64,000 nt of DNA from the NCBI GenBank assembly GCA_012729635.1, contig JAAYCT010000014.1, forward strand, positions 37,440 through 101,439, written 5' to 3'. The notes below the pieces were generated by a model, which saw only the letters and a program-made list of their open reading frames with translations, was not told the DNA's origin and ran no database searches. Shown here piece by piece: positions 53,308 to 62,134 of the stretch (within the stretch, counting starts at the first letter, position 1; the number at the start of each line of letters is the position of its first letter). A program made the position numbers and the translations under genes. The DNA is from Clostridiaceae bacterium. Lineage in GTDB: Bacteria > Bacillota > Clostridia > Saccharofermentanales > Saccharofermentanaceae.

Positions 53308-55790
53308 AAAAGAAGATTTTGATCGTCGGCGGAGTAGCCGGCGGAGCCACGGTCGCGACCCGATTAAGAAGACTCGACGAGGAAGCCCGGATCATCCTTT
53401 TTGAGCGCGGTGAGTTTATCAGTTTTGCCAACTGCGGTCTGCCGTACCATATCGGAGAAGTGATCCGGGAAAGAAGCAGTCTTATCGTAACCACGAAGGA
53501 AACCTTCCGGGATCGATATCGCATCGACGTCCGCACGGAATCCGAAGTCACGGCCGTGCATACCGAAAGTAAAGAGGTATCGGTCCGCAAGAAGGACGGT
53601 ACCGGGTACCGGGAGAGCTACGACGAATTGATCCTTTCTCCCGGAGCGATGCCGCTGACTCCGCCCATCCCGGGTATCGACCTTCCCCGGGTGATGAGCC
53701 TTAGAAGCATCCCGGACATGGATCAAATCAAGGCCGCCGTAGACGGCGGTATTCACAGCTGTACGGTCATCGGCGGCGGATTCATCGGCATTGAGGTCGC
53801 CGAGAACCTGGTGCACCGCGGCGTCGAAGTGACCTTGGTGGAAGCTGCGCCGCACGTCATGGCCTCTCTGGACACCGAGATCAGCATGATCTGCGAAAAG
53901 GAGCTTCGCGACAACGGCGTTGAGCTCATTTTGGAGGACGGAGTGGAATCCTTTACCGAAATGGACGGGAACATCCGCACAAAGACGGCTTCCGGCAGAT
54001 ACGTGGATGCCGATCTGGCGGTACTGGCCATCGGCGTTTGTCCGGACACGGCGTTCCTTAAAGATTCCGGGATCGCGCTGAACGATCGCGGGTATATCAA
54101 AACCGACGCCTATATGAAGACCTCCGTCGATCACGTTTGGGCGGCGGGAGACGCGGTGGAGACCCTTGACTCGATCACGGGCGAGCCGGCCACCATGGCT
54201 TTGGCCGGACCGGCCAATCGCCAGGCACGAATCATCGCGGACAATATCTGCGGCATAAAACGCAAATACAAAGGCGTGCAGGGGACCTCGATCCTCAAGG
54301 TTTTCGATCTGGTTACCGGATCCACCGGCCACAACGAACGACAACTGATCCGCGCGGGAACCCATCATCATGTCTACTATATTCACCCTCAGTCTCACGC
54401 CGGCTACTATCCCGGCGCGATGCAGATGACGGCAAAGATCCTCACCGGAGAGGACGGTCGCCTTCTGGGCGCGCAGGTCGCCGGCTACGACGGAGCGGAC
54501 AAACTCACGGATGTTTTCGCGACCGTGATATCCCTCGGCGGCACGATCGACGATCTGGCCGAACTGGATCTTTCTTACGCGCCGCCTTTCGGCTCGGCAA
54601 AATCGCCGGCGAATATGATCGGTTTCGTGGCGCAGAACGAACGCGACGGACTTGTAAAGCACAAAACTTTTACTCAGTTCGAAGCCGAATTCGATCCGGA
54701 AACCGACATTCTTCTCGACGTCCGCGAAACGTTGGAATTCGAGAACGAGGCATTGCCGGGAGCTGTAAATATCCCTCTGGATCAACTCCGGGAACGACTG
54801 AACGAGATTCCGAAGGACAAGCAGATCTGGACTTACTGCGCGGTCGGCCTGCGCGGTTATACCGCGGCCCGCATCCTTCTTCAGAACGGCTATAACGTAA
54901 ATAATATCGGCGGCGGCATTCGTTTGCAGGCGCTGGGCAAAGTTACCGAAACGATCCATGGAGGTCATATGCAAAAAGAAGCGATTCCGGTCACCCATGA
55001 AGACGGCACTCAGATCCTTCCGGAAAAGACCGCGGAGACACCGGCCCGGGTCATCGAAGTGGACGCCTGCGGATTGTCCTGCCCCGGCCCGCTGATGAAA
55101 CTAAAAGAAAATATGGATACGATCGCTCCGGGAGACATCCTTCACATCAAAGCGTCCGATCCCGGATTCTATCCGGACGTACAGGCCTGGGCACGCCGAA
55201 CGGGCGCCGAGATCCTCTCGCTTCAAAAGTCCGGCGGCCTCGTGGACGTTCAGCTGAAAAAAGGCGGAGCCGCGGCGGTGTCGGCCGCTCCGTCCGCTTC
55301 CGTACCTGCCGATGCCACCCAAAAGAACAAGACCCTGGTCGTCTTTTCGGGAGACCTCGACAAGGCGATCGCCTCCTTTATCATCGCGAACGGCGCCGCG
55401 GCGATGGGCGGCAAGGTCACGATGTTCTTTACCTTTTGGGGCATCAATGTCTTACGGAAGCCGGAACCGGTCAAGGTGAAGAAGACCTTGATCGAGGCGC
55501 TTTTCGGGCGGATGATGCCAAGAGGCACAAGGAAGCTCGGCCTTTCGAAAATGAACCTGGCGGGCATGGGCCCCGCGATGATCAAAAAGATCATGAAGGA
55601 CAAAAATGTCGATTCCCTGGAGTCCCTGATGACCCAGGCGCAGAAGAACGGCGTGGAACTGGTCGCCTGCCAGATGTCGATGGACCTTCTGGGTCTAAAG
55701 CTCGAAGAGCTCATCGACGGCGTCAAGGTCGGCGGAGTGGGCTACTATCTCGGGGATGCCGAAGAGTCCGCGGTGAATTTGTTTATCTGA
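53304..55790 (+). CDS. Multidomain FAD-dependent CoA-disulfide/persulfide reductase fused to rhodanese, TusA-like and DsrE-like domains.
   Basis: N-terminal Pyr_redox (ILIVGGVAGGATVATRL, active-site Cys in FANCGLPY). Rhodanese domain (LLDVRETLEF...TYCAVGLRG). TusA CPxP motif (CGLSCPGPLMKL). DsrE/DsrF-like C-terminus (LVVFSGDLDKAIASFIIANG). Confidence 0.85.
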   Translation: MKKKILIVGGVAGGATVATRLRRLDEEARIILFERGEFISFANCGLPYHIGEVIRERSSLIVTTKETFRDRYRIDVRTESEVTAVHTESKEVSVRKKDGTGYRESYDELILSPGAMPLTPPIPGIDLPRVMSLRSIPDMDQIKAAVDGGIHSCTVIGGGFIGIEVAENLVHRGVEVTLVEAAPHVMASLDTEISMICEKELRDNGVELILEDGVESFTEMDGNIRTKTASGRYVDADLAVLAIGVCPDTAFLKDSGIALNDRGYIKTDAYMKTSVDHVWAAGDAVETLDSITGEPATMALAGPANRQARIIADNICGIKRKYKGVQGTSILKVFDLVTGSTGHNERQLIRAGTHHHVYYIHPQSHAGYYPGAMQMTAKILTGEDGRLLGAQVAGYDGADKLTDVFATVISLGGTIDDLAELDLSYAPPFGSAKSPANMIGFVAQNERDGLVKHKTFTQFEAEFDPETDILLDVRETLEFENEALPGAVNIPLDQLRERLNEIPKDKQIWTYCAVGLRGYTAARILLQNGYNVNNIGGGIRLQALGKVTETIHGGHMQKEAIPVTHEDGTQILPEKTAETPARVIEVDACGLSCPGPLMKLKENMDTIAPGDILHIKASDPGFYPDVQAWARRTGAEILSLQKSGGLVDVQLKKGGAAAVSAAPSASVPADATQKNKTLVVFSGDLDKAIASFIIANGAAAMGGKVTMFFTFWGINVLRKPEPVKVKKTLIEALFGRMMPRGTRKLGLSKMNLAGMGPAMIKKIMKDKNVDSLESLMTQAQKNGVELVACQMSMDLLGLKLEELIDGVKVGGVGYYLGDAEESAVNLFI

Positions 55791-55800
55791 TAAAGTCCGG

Positions 55801-56520
55801 TCACGGTCGATACACGGCGACGACATCGGTGATCATGTCGCTTGCCGCCGCTTCATCATTCGTAAAAGCCGGTTCGGCCACGGCTGTGACCTCTTCGTCG
55901 CCCAACTCGATCGTGCCCTCGAAAAGCGCCGCGTCCTCCCAGAAGATCGTCGCGTCTACAAAGAAGTGATACTCTCCGGCGGGGACCGGTTGCCCTTCTT
56001 CATCCGTACAATCCCATCTATAACTCTGCGGTCCGGACTTTGGCGTCGCGCCCGAAAAAGCGTCGATATCCGGAGCGTCGTCGCTTCCCATCCCGGCTCT
56101 CTCGACCCAAACCGTCAGTGAATCCTCGCGGAATTCCCAGCCTCCGTCGGCGGTAAAGGAAGTGACATACAACGTCCGTACCATGTTTCCGTCACTGTCC
56201 TCAATCCAAACGGCGTATTGATTGGACGCGATATCGTCGATGTGCTTATAGTTCAGCGTTATTTCCAGTTCGCCCGTTAAGGGGCCGACCGTAGTTTCCG
56301 GGCTCTGTCCGTCGGTCGTTTCCGTCGGCGGCAACGGAGTCGGCTCAGCGGTTGTCGTCATGACTTTCTCCGTCGTTGCAGCCTTTGTTTCCGGGGAACC
56401 GCCTCCGCAACCCGCGAGCAACAGGACGAGGGTCAGGCAGATGAAAATGCAAAGCAGGATGTGTGCCGGGGGGGCTTTTCGATAAACGTTCGTTCGTAAT
56501 CCGTCTATTTGCCGCGTCAT
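55801..56520 (-). CDS. DUF2271-like secreted lipoprotein.
   Basis: Lipobox LLAGCGG. FSGATPKSG motif. Start at plus 56518-56520 with RBS GGAGGAACAAAT. Confidence 0.55.
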   Translation of the reverse strand: MTRQIDGLRTNVYRKAPPAHILLCIFICLTLVLLLAGCGGGSPETKAATTEKVMTTTAEPTPLPPTETTDGQSPETTVGPLTGELEITLNYKHIDDIASNQYAVWIEDSDGNMVRTLYVTSFTADGGWEFREDSLTVWVERAGMGSDDAPDIDAFSGATPKSGPQSYRWDCTDEEGQPVPAGEYHFFVDATIFWEDAALFEGTIELGDEEVTAVAEPAFTNDEAAASDMITDVVAVYRP

Positions 56521-56564
56521 ATTTGTTCCTCCTTCAAATACTTGCCTCTCACTAATCCTGTTTT

Positions 56565-57029
56565 TCAAATCAGCCCGAACTCTTTTTTCAGCGCCTCAAA
56601 CCGCTCCTTTTCGCGATCGAAAACACCCGCTTCCGGATCATAGAAACAATGATGAAGGACATCGGCATCGATCAACACCTCGTCAAACGGCGAGTGTTTC
56701 CCGCCCTTATCGCCGTGATTGTGGATCGCGCCGCAAATCATCTCGATTTCATCCTCGCTGAAAATGCCCATCGACGTAAGGATTTCCCGCGCCATCACGG
56801 CGCCTTTTCGCGCGTGGCCCTTGGAATCCATCGCGGAGAACGTGTAAATGTCGTGAAGCATGCCGGCGATTGCCAGAAGTTCGACGTTTTCGCCTCTTTT
56901 ATTTGCGATCAGCACACACATCAGCGAAACGCCGTACAAATGCGAATATCCGCACACTCGAAAATCGGGATCCGGCACGCGCCGGAGCACGTCATTTACG
57001 TATTCGCGGACCTTTTCGAGCCGACTCAT
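56565..57029 (-). CDS. HD-domain phosphohydrolase.
   Basis: H...HD...H...H...D metal ligands (GMLHDIYTF, HNHGD). Confidence 0.75.
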   Translation of the reverse strand: MSRLEKVREYVNDVLRRVPDPDFRVCGYSHLYGVSLMCVLIANKRGENVELLAIAGMLHDIYTFSAMDSKGHARKGAVMAREILTSMGIFSEDEIEMICGAIHNHGDKGGKHSPFDEVLIDADVLHHCFYDPEAGVFDREKERFEALKKEFGLI

Positions 57030-57041
57030 CGCAAGTCCTCC

Positions 57042-57698
57042 CTACAATATCTCCCACACAAATGTCGCGGTATCCGTGACCTCAATATCTTCCGGTGCGA
57101 TATCGATCGACTTGCCCATCGCCATCATCGGCATGCTTTCTTCCGCCATGTCAAACCTCGTGTTCGAGCGGAGGGCTCGGTCGCCCCAACTGTAATCGAT
57201 GGACAGAAGCTCGCCCATCTTTACGCCCGAAGCCGCGCACAGTGTCTCCGCTTTGCTTTTCGCGTTGACCGTCGCGGAACGGAGCATCTCCCCGTTGATT
57301 GCCGCGGGATCCTTAACGGTAAACTCGATCGAGAGTTGAGGATCCGCCAGGCTCCCCGCCACGGTACCGAGTGTTTCCGACAGCCGTCCGGGATCAAAAT
57401 CGAATGCCAACTTCAGCGCGTGACTTACGACATAACCGCTAAAAACATTCTGAAACATGCCCTTTTCGTCCCGGACCTGCGTGTAATCCGTACGGACGTT
57501 GAAATAGGTGGTCTTGACGGAATCTTTTTCAAACCCGATGCCGGTCAGACTTTTCCCGAGCTTCTCAAGCTGATCGGCGGAGTTCCCGACCGCCGCCTGA
57601 TAATTCATGTCCCGGGATTCCAACGTGATATGGAGCACCACCTGATCGGGCTTTGCCGAAGCCTTGCCGATCCCTTTGACCGTGATCGTCCTTGCCAT
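57042..57698 (-). CDS. SIMPL (DUF541) domain protein.
   Basis: MARTITVKGIGKASAKPDQVVLHITLE is the characteristic SIMPL N-terminus. Start at plus 57696-57698 with RBS CGGAGGTATAC. Confidence 0.65.
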   Translation of the reverse strand: MARTITVKGIGKASAKPDQVVLHITLESRDMNYQAAVGNSADQLEKLGKSLTGIGFEKDSVKTTYFNVRTDYTQVRDEKGMFQNVFSGYVVSHALKLAFDFDPGRLSETLGTVAGSLADPQLSIEFTVKDPAAINGEMLRSATVNAKSKAETLCAASGVKMGELLSIDYSWGDRALRSNTRFDMAEESMPMMAMGKSIDIAPEDIEVTDTATFVWEIL

Positions 57699-57920
57699 AT
57701 TGATGTATACCTCCGTTTGAGTCGAATGATTGGGTGCCGGGTCCATGACCTTTTCATTATACAGCCGGAGGGGCATTTTTCGTTTGTTTTTGGTTGCGAA
57801 GAATATGATTCATGAGAGTATGCAGGATAGCGAACTTGATTTATCTCTTTTGAGTCAACAGGATGTATTTCCCAACGCAGTATAGGAACGATTCAAAATT
57901 GATTGCTCCCCGCTTTTTTA

Positions 57921-59168
57921 TTACCTGTTCACACTATCCGGATCCAACAGGAAGTCAAAGAGATTGAGTATAAGGATTCCCTCATTGTTATATCGGGTAG
58001 GCTCATCCTTTACGATTATGATTTTTTTGAATGAATCAGTGATTCGGATCAGTGAATTCTCTTCCCGAAGCTCCTTTTCACGGGTTCCTAAAGATAATGC
58101 CGATTGTATGTACAATCTTCGCGAACCTTGATTACAGACAAAATCAACTTCTGCCTGTCTCTGTATGCGTTTTCTGTCATTATCATATAAACTGAACTCG
58201 ACTACACCGACGTCGACGTTATACCCTCTGATTAGCAACTCGTTGAAAATCACATTTTCCATAATGTGCGTTTCTTCGTATTGCCTGAAATTGAGGCGCG
58301 CATTTCTGATTCCCAGATCCGTGAAGTAGAATTTAACCGGTGTACTAATGTATTTTTTTCCCTTAACATCGTACCGTTTGGCTTTGCTCACAAGAAACGA
58401 GTCTTCAAAATAATCCAGATAATTCTTGACCGTATCCGGATGAATGGAAACATTCTTAAGTGTCATAAATGTATCTGCCAGTTTCTTGGGATTTGTCAAG
58501 CCTCCGATCGTAGACGCAAGATAATCCAATAATTCTTCCAGTTCGGACGGATTCCTGACAATATTTCGATCGAGAATATCTTTTATATATGTTTCACGGA
58601 TGATGTCCTTGAGGTAATCCGCCTTATCCTGGATGTTTTCGATTTTCAGCAGCCCCGGAAGACCGCCATAAAGTGAATAGTACTGCCAACCTTCGCGCTT
58701 ATCCCCGGGAAACGCACTCATGAATTCCGAAAACGAAAGAGGGAAAAGATGAACCTGATCCCCTCGGCCTCTGAATTCGGTAATGATATCTTTGGAAAGA
58801 AATTTGGCATTACTGCCCGTTACATAAGTGTCCGCATTTCCGATATGCAAAAAACTGTTCAGAACATCCTCAAACTCCCGCACAAGCTGCACTTCATCAA
58901 GGAGAATGTATACCATATCATTATCTGCAATTTTACTGTGAACAAACCGGTAAAGGGCATCGGGATCCCGATATTCTTTATTCCTTCTGTCATCAAGCGC
59001 AATCCTTATAATATGATCTTCCGCTACCCCAGTATCCAAAAGGTAACGGTAAAACAGTTTAAATAACAAATAGGATTTACCGCATCTCCGAATACCGGTG
59101 ATGATTTTAACCATGCCATTATTTTTCTTTCGAATCAGTGCATCCAAATATAACGGTCTTTCCATCAT
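57921..59168 (-). CDS. AAA+ ATPase of the DUF4143 family (paralog 3 of 3).
   Basis: Walker A GIRRCGKSYL and Walker B LLDEVQ. 415 aa. AT-rich. Confidence 0.8.
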   Translation of the reverse strand: MMERPLYLDALIRKKNNGMVKIITGIRRCGKSYLLFKLFYRYLLDTGVAEDHIIRIALDDRRNKEYRDPDALYRFVHSKIADNDMVYILLDEVQLVREFEDVLNSFLHIGNADTYVTGSNAKFLSKDIITEFRGRGDQVHLFPLSFSEFMSAFPGDKREGWQYYSLYGGLPGLLKIENIQDKADYLKDIIRETYIKDILDRNIVRNPSELEELLDYLASTIGGLTNPKKLADTFMTLKNVSIHPDTVKNYLDYFEDSFLVSKAKRYDVKGKKYISTPVKFYFTDLGIRNARLNFRQYEETHIMENVIFNELLIRGYNVDVGVVEFSLYDNDRKRIQRQAEVDFVCNQGSRRLYIQSALSLGTREKELREENSLIRITDSFKKIIIVKDEPTRYNNEGILILNLFDFLLDPDSVNR

Positions 59169-59585
59169 CGGTCCTCTTTCTGTTGAAAATCAGGTCTCCA
59201 TGTGGACTCCTTTTTCACTATAATTGTATAGCGTTCTATAATGGACGTCAACATTCTACTGAAAATCAGGTCTCCATCACTCCAAATTTTTCAGCAGCGA
59301 CGAACGCCTGATCAGAACCCGACACACGAAAGCACACATTGTTTATGGACTTGCGAACCACGTCTCTTTTCCCCTGAAGATATACAATTCGATCCAATAC
59401 TGACATGTTGATTGACTCCTGTTCAGTCAGATGAAATCGCTTAATTTGTTGTCCCGGATATTTTCAGGATGGTTAAACCGATGCGTTTATATGTAAACAT
59501 CATTTTGAAAACTATTTGGCGGATATTGAGATGACCGGACAGGCGCGGGCACTTTTAGTAAGCCTAGCTCAACCGCTCCGTCTAC

Positions 59586-60125
59586 TTATACAGACCTGCA
59601 GAAATCGATAATCTCTTTTCTTCTGGGCGCTATAGCTTCTTTGTTTTCCACAGAGCACAAGCCCAGGTGATTACAGCACTCGATCTCCAGATGACCGTAG
59701 AAATGTTCGATGCTCCCGATGACTTTGTCACACTCTCTCATACTCGGACCCGTTCTAAGAGCGATCGTATAGCCCTTCTTTCCCTTACGCAAAGCGGCAT
59801 GCGGTTCATGCGTGTTGCACCAGGGGGTGCATCGATCGATGAAGGCTTTAAACTGACCCGGTATATCCGCCCAATACGAGGGAGCGACCGATACAATCAC
59901 ATCCGCCCGTTCCATTTCATCCATGATTAAATCCACGTCGTCATGAAGAACGCATTTTGCCGTGGTATGACAACTTCTGCATCCTGTACAGAAGCTGAAA
60001 GAATAATCATCAATGCAGCTTGTTTTTACGGTATATTTACCCTTCAATTGGTCGGATACGATGTTGACTATTTCCGCGGTCGCACCGTTTCTTACGGGAC
60101 TGCAATTGATGACCAACGCATTCAT
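59586..60125 (-). CDS. Iron-sulfur flavoprotein (Isf)-like flavodoxin-family protein.
   Basis: MNALVINCSPVRNGAT FMN loop plus a CxxCxxC...C cluster (CTGCRSCHTTAKC). Confidence 0.7.
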   Translation of the reverse strand: MNALVINCSPVRNGATAEIVNIVSDQLKGKYTVKTSCIDDYSFSFCTGCRSCHTTAKCVLHDDVDLIMDEMERADVIVSVAPSYWADIPGQFKAFIDRCTPWCNTHEPHAALRKGKKGYTIALRTGPSMRECDKVIGSIEHFYGHLEIECCNHLGLCSVENKEAIAPRRKEIIDFCRSV

Positions 60126-60151
60126 ACGTGTACCTCCGGACTCTTCACATC

Positions 60152-60922
60152 CTACTCTTTAATCATAAAACGCATGCTGAATTTCATCAGGCTTTTCATG
60201 ATTTTACCCGAAAACCGGCTGAACGGATACTCCCGGATCGGATAGAAGAATTCTTTGTCCTTATAGTACTCGTAATCCGCGGGGGCGAACTTTTGATATG
60301 ATTTATAATCCGTGAAGGACTTAAACGACGCGAACCAGGCCCAATCCCCAAGACCGGGTGCTTTCAGCCCGGGGTTGCTCATATCTTTAAGGAAAGCATT
60401 CGAGGCCTTCCGGATATTTTTCTCCGCCCTTTTTTCGAAGCCGGGCATCGAGACCGGCGGACAAGGAACGCCTACTTTCTTTATGGACGTACATCCGGAC
60501 ACCAGCATGGTCAATTGGTTGAGTGTTTCCTTGAGCCCCATGAACCCGCCGACCGTAGATACCAGAAGGACGGCTTTCCCGAAAAGGAACGGTCGATGGC
60601 ATGTATAGGCGACCCGGTCGATCAGGTTCTTCATCACCGCGGGCACGCCCATGGCATACGTCGGCGCTGCCACGATAATGCCGTCCGCTTCGAGCATCTT
60701 GGCTTCGATCATGTCCCGGTCATCCTTGAGCAGGCACTTTTCTTTGCCTCTCGAAAAACACGTAAAGCAACCCGTACATATCTGAATATTGCATTCAGAA
60801 ACGAACAGCGTCTCAAAATCGATATCCGGATTCATCGCCAACAAGTGCGCTTTCACTTTTTCGACGACCTTCCAGGTATTGCCTTTTTTGCGCGGACTTC
60901 CGATAATCGCCAGTACTTTCAT
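60152..60922 (-). CDS. NADPH-dependent FMN reductase / iron-sulfur flavoprotein family protein.
   Basis: MKVLAIIGSPRKKGNT loop plus CNIQICTGCFTCFSRGKEKC Cys cluster. Confidence 0.7.
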   Translation of the reverse strand: MKVLAIIGSPRKKGNTWKVVEKVKAHLLAMNPDIDFETLFVSECNIQICTGCFTCFSRGKEKCLLKDDRDMIEAKMLEADGIIVAAPTYAMGVPAVMKNLIDRVAYTCHRPFLFGKAVLLVSTVGGFMGLKETLNQLTMLVSGCTSIKKVGVPCPPVSMPGFEKRAEKNIRKASNAFLKDMSNPGLKAPGLGDWAWFASFKSFTDYKSYQKFAPADYEYYKDKEFFYPIREYPFSRFSGKIMKSLMKFSMRFMIKE

Positions 60923-60923
60923 A

Positions 60924-61556
60924 TTACTTGCCCTCTTTCCTTAAGATGTGATCTGCAAAAAACCGGTTATGCCGGAGCATCCTTTTCTCGATCTCCTCCA
61001 TATCCGGTTCATCCTTCAGAAAATTCTGTTCGAAGTACAAATAGATGATGTACGCGTTGTATTCTTCGGCGGCGGCGGCCGTGTCGACCGTCGCAATAAG
61101 GCCGTTTTCGAGCATGATGTCAAATCCGTATTTGGTGATCTGAAAAGGTTTTTCGATAAATTCTTCCGTGAAAAACTGTCTGACGGACTGATTTCGCTGC
61201 TGTTCCATATTGATGATCTTCGCGATCTTCATGATCGCAGGATTCCACATGACCTGCTCGAACAAAAGGAAAGATTGGTTCAGGTACTCTTCCGGTGTGA
61301 CGTTCTTGAGATATTCCTCCAGGCCCGCGGCCGGAAAATTGGTTTGATCCAAAACACTTCTGAAAAACGCGAAAATGCTTTCCAGCAAGTCTTCTTTGCT
61401 TTCGTAATGCTTGTAAAGGGAACTCGCCTTGATTCCGACTGCATGCGCGATCTCCCGCATGGACACATTGCTGTAGCCCTTCTCCGAAAACAAGTCCACG
61501 GCGACGTTGAAAATAATCTCTTTGGTTGAAACGGTCTTTATTTGATCCATTTGCAT
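60924..61556 (-). CDS. TetR/AcrR-family transcriptional regulator.
   Basis: HTH SMREIAHAVGIKASSLYKHYESKEDLL. Its start is adjacent to a perfect palindrome. Confidence 0.8.
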   Translation of the reverse strand: MQMDQIKTVSTKEIIFNVAVDLFSEKGYSNVSMREIAHAVGIKASSLYKHYESKEDLLESIFAFFRSVLDQTNFPAAGLEEYLKNVTPEEYLNQSFLLFEQVMWNPAIMKIAKIINMEQQRNQSVRQFFTEEFIEKPFQITKYGFDIMLENGLIATVDTAAAAEEYNAYIIYLYFEQNFLKDEPDMEEIEKRMLRHNRFFADHILRKEGK

Positions 61557-61567
61557 CTCCTCATCAG

Positions 61568-61609
61568 GCTAACGCTTGTTATCCTGATAATAGGATAACA
61601 AGCGTTAGC
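61568..61609. promoter_or_regulatory. Perfect 18-bp inverted repeat, GCTAACGCTTGTTATCCT gataat AGGATAACAAGCGTTAGC. Candidate TetR operator.
   Basis: Read directly. Centred 32 bp upstream of the tetR-family ATG at 61556. The AT-rich spacer resembles a -10 box. Confidence 0.5.
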
Positions 61610-61681
61610 TGTCAAGATGCAAATTAACTATTTAGGTTTTAATCCCGCAATCGCTTCTTTACTTATAACCCCTATCGAGCT

Positions 61682-62015
61682 TTACTCTCTGATATACTTT
61701 GAATCCTCATCCGGTACACCGCCCTCATCCGGTCTCAACCGTTCCACCCGCATATGCAAATTATATTTCTCACGCAGATCTATGATCGTTTTCATCATCG
61801 CCGAGGCGTGATGAAGATCGATCGCCTCCTGATTTTCCCAATGGTCGATCAGCAGAACCGTCTCCGGATCATCCATCGGAAAGTAGTACGCATACCCCAG
61901 ATTTCCCTTTTCATCGCGAATCGCCGAAGCCGTTCCGCTCTTTTCCATTTCATCGGCAAATCGACGCGCATTTCCGTTTGTTCCGGTATAGAAAAGATGA
62001 ACCGTAATGCTCATG
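61682..62015 (-). CDS. ABM-domain (antibiotic biosynthesis monooxygenase-like) protein.
   Basis: ITVHLFY...VLLIDHWENQEAIDLHHASAMMK is typical of ABM/quinol monooxygenases. Start at the internal Met with RBS GGGGAGG. The upstream extension is Ser/Gly/Arg-rich. Confidence 0.55.
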
Positions 62016-62134
62016 TTTCGCCTCCCCGACATCCCGCTGTTTCCTGTCCTTGAACCCGACATTGTGTTACGTTCCGCCCTCGCGGACAAGATGGGGGGAG
62101 TTATTCAGAATGTTTTCGATTCTCGCGGACGAAC

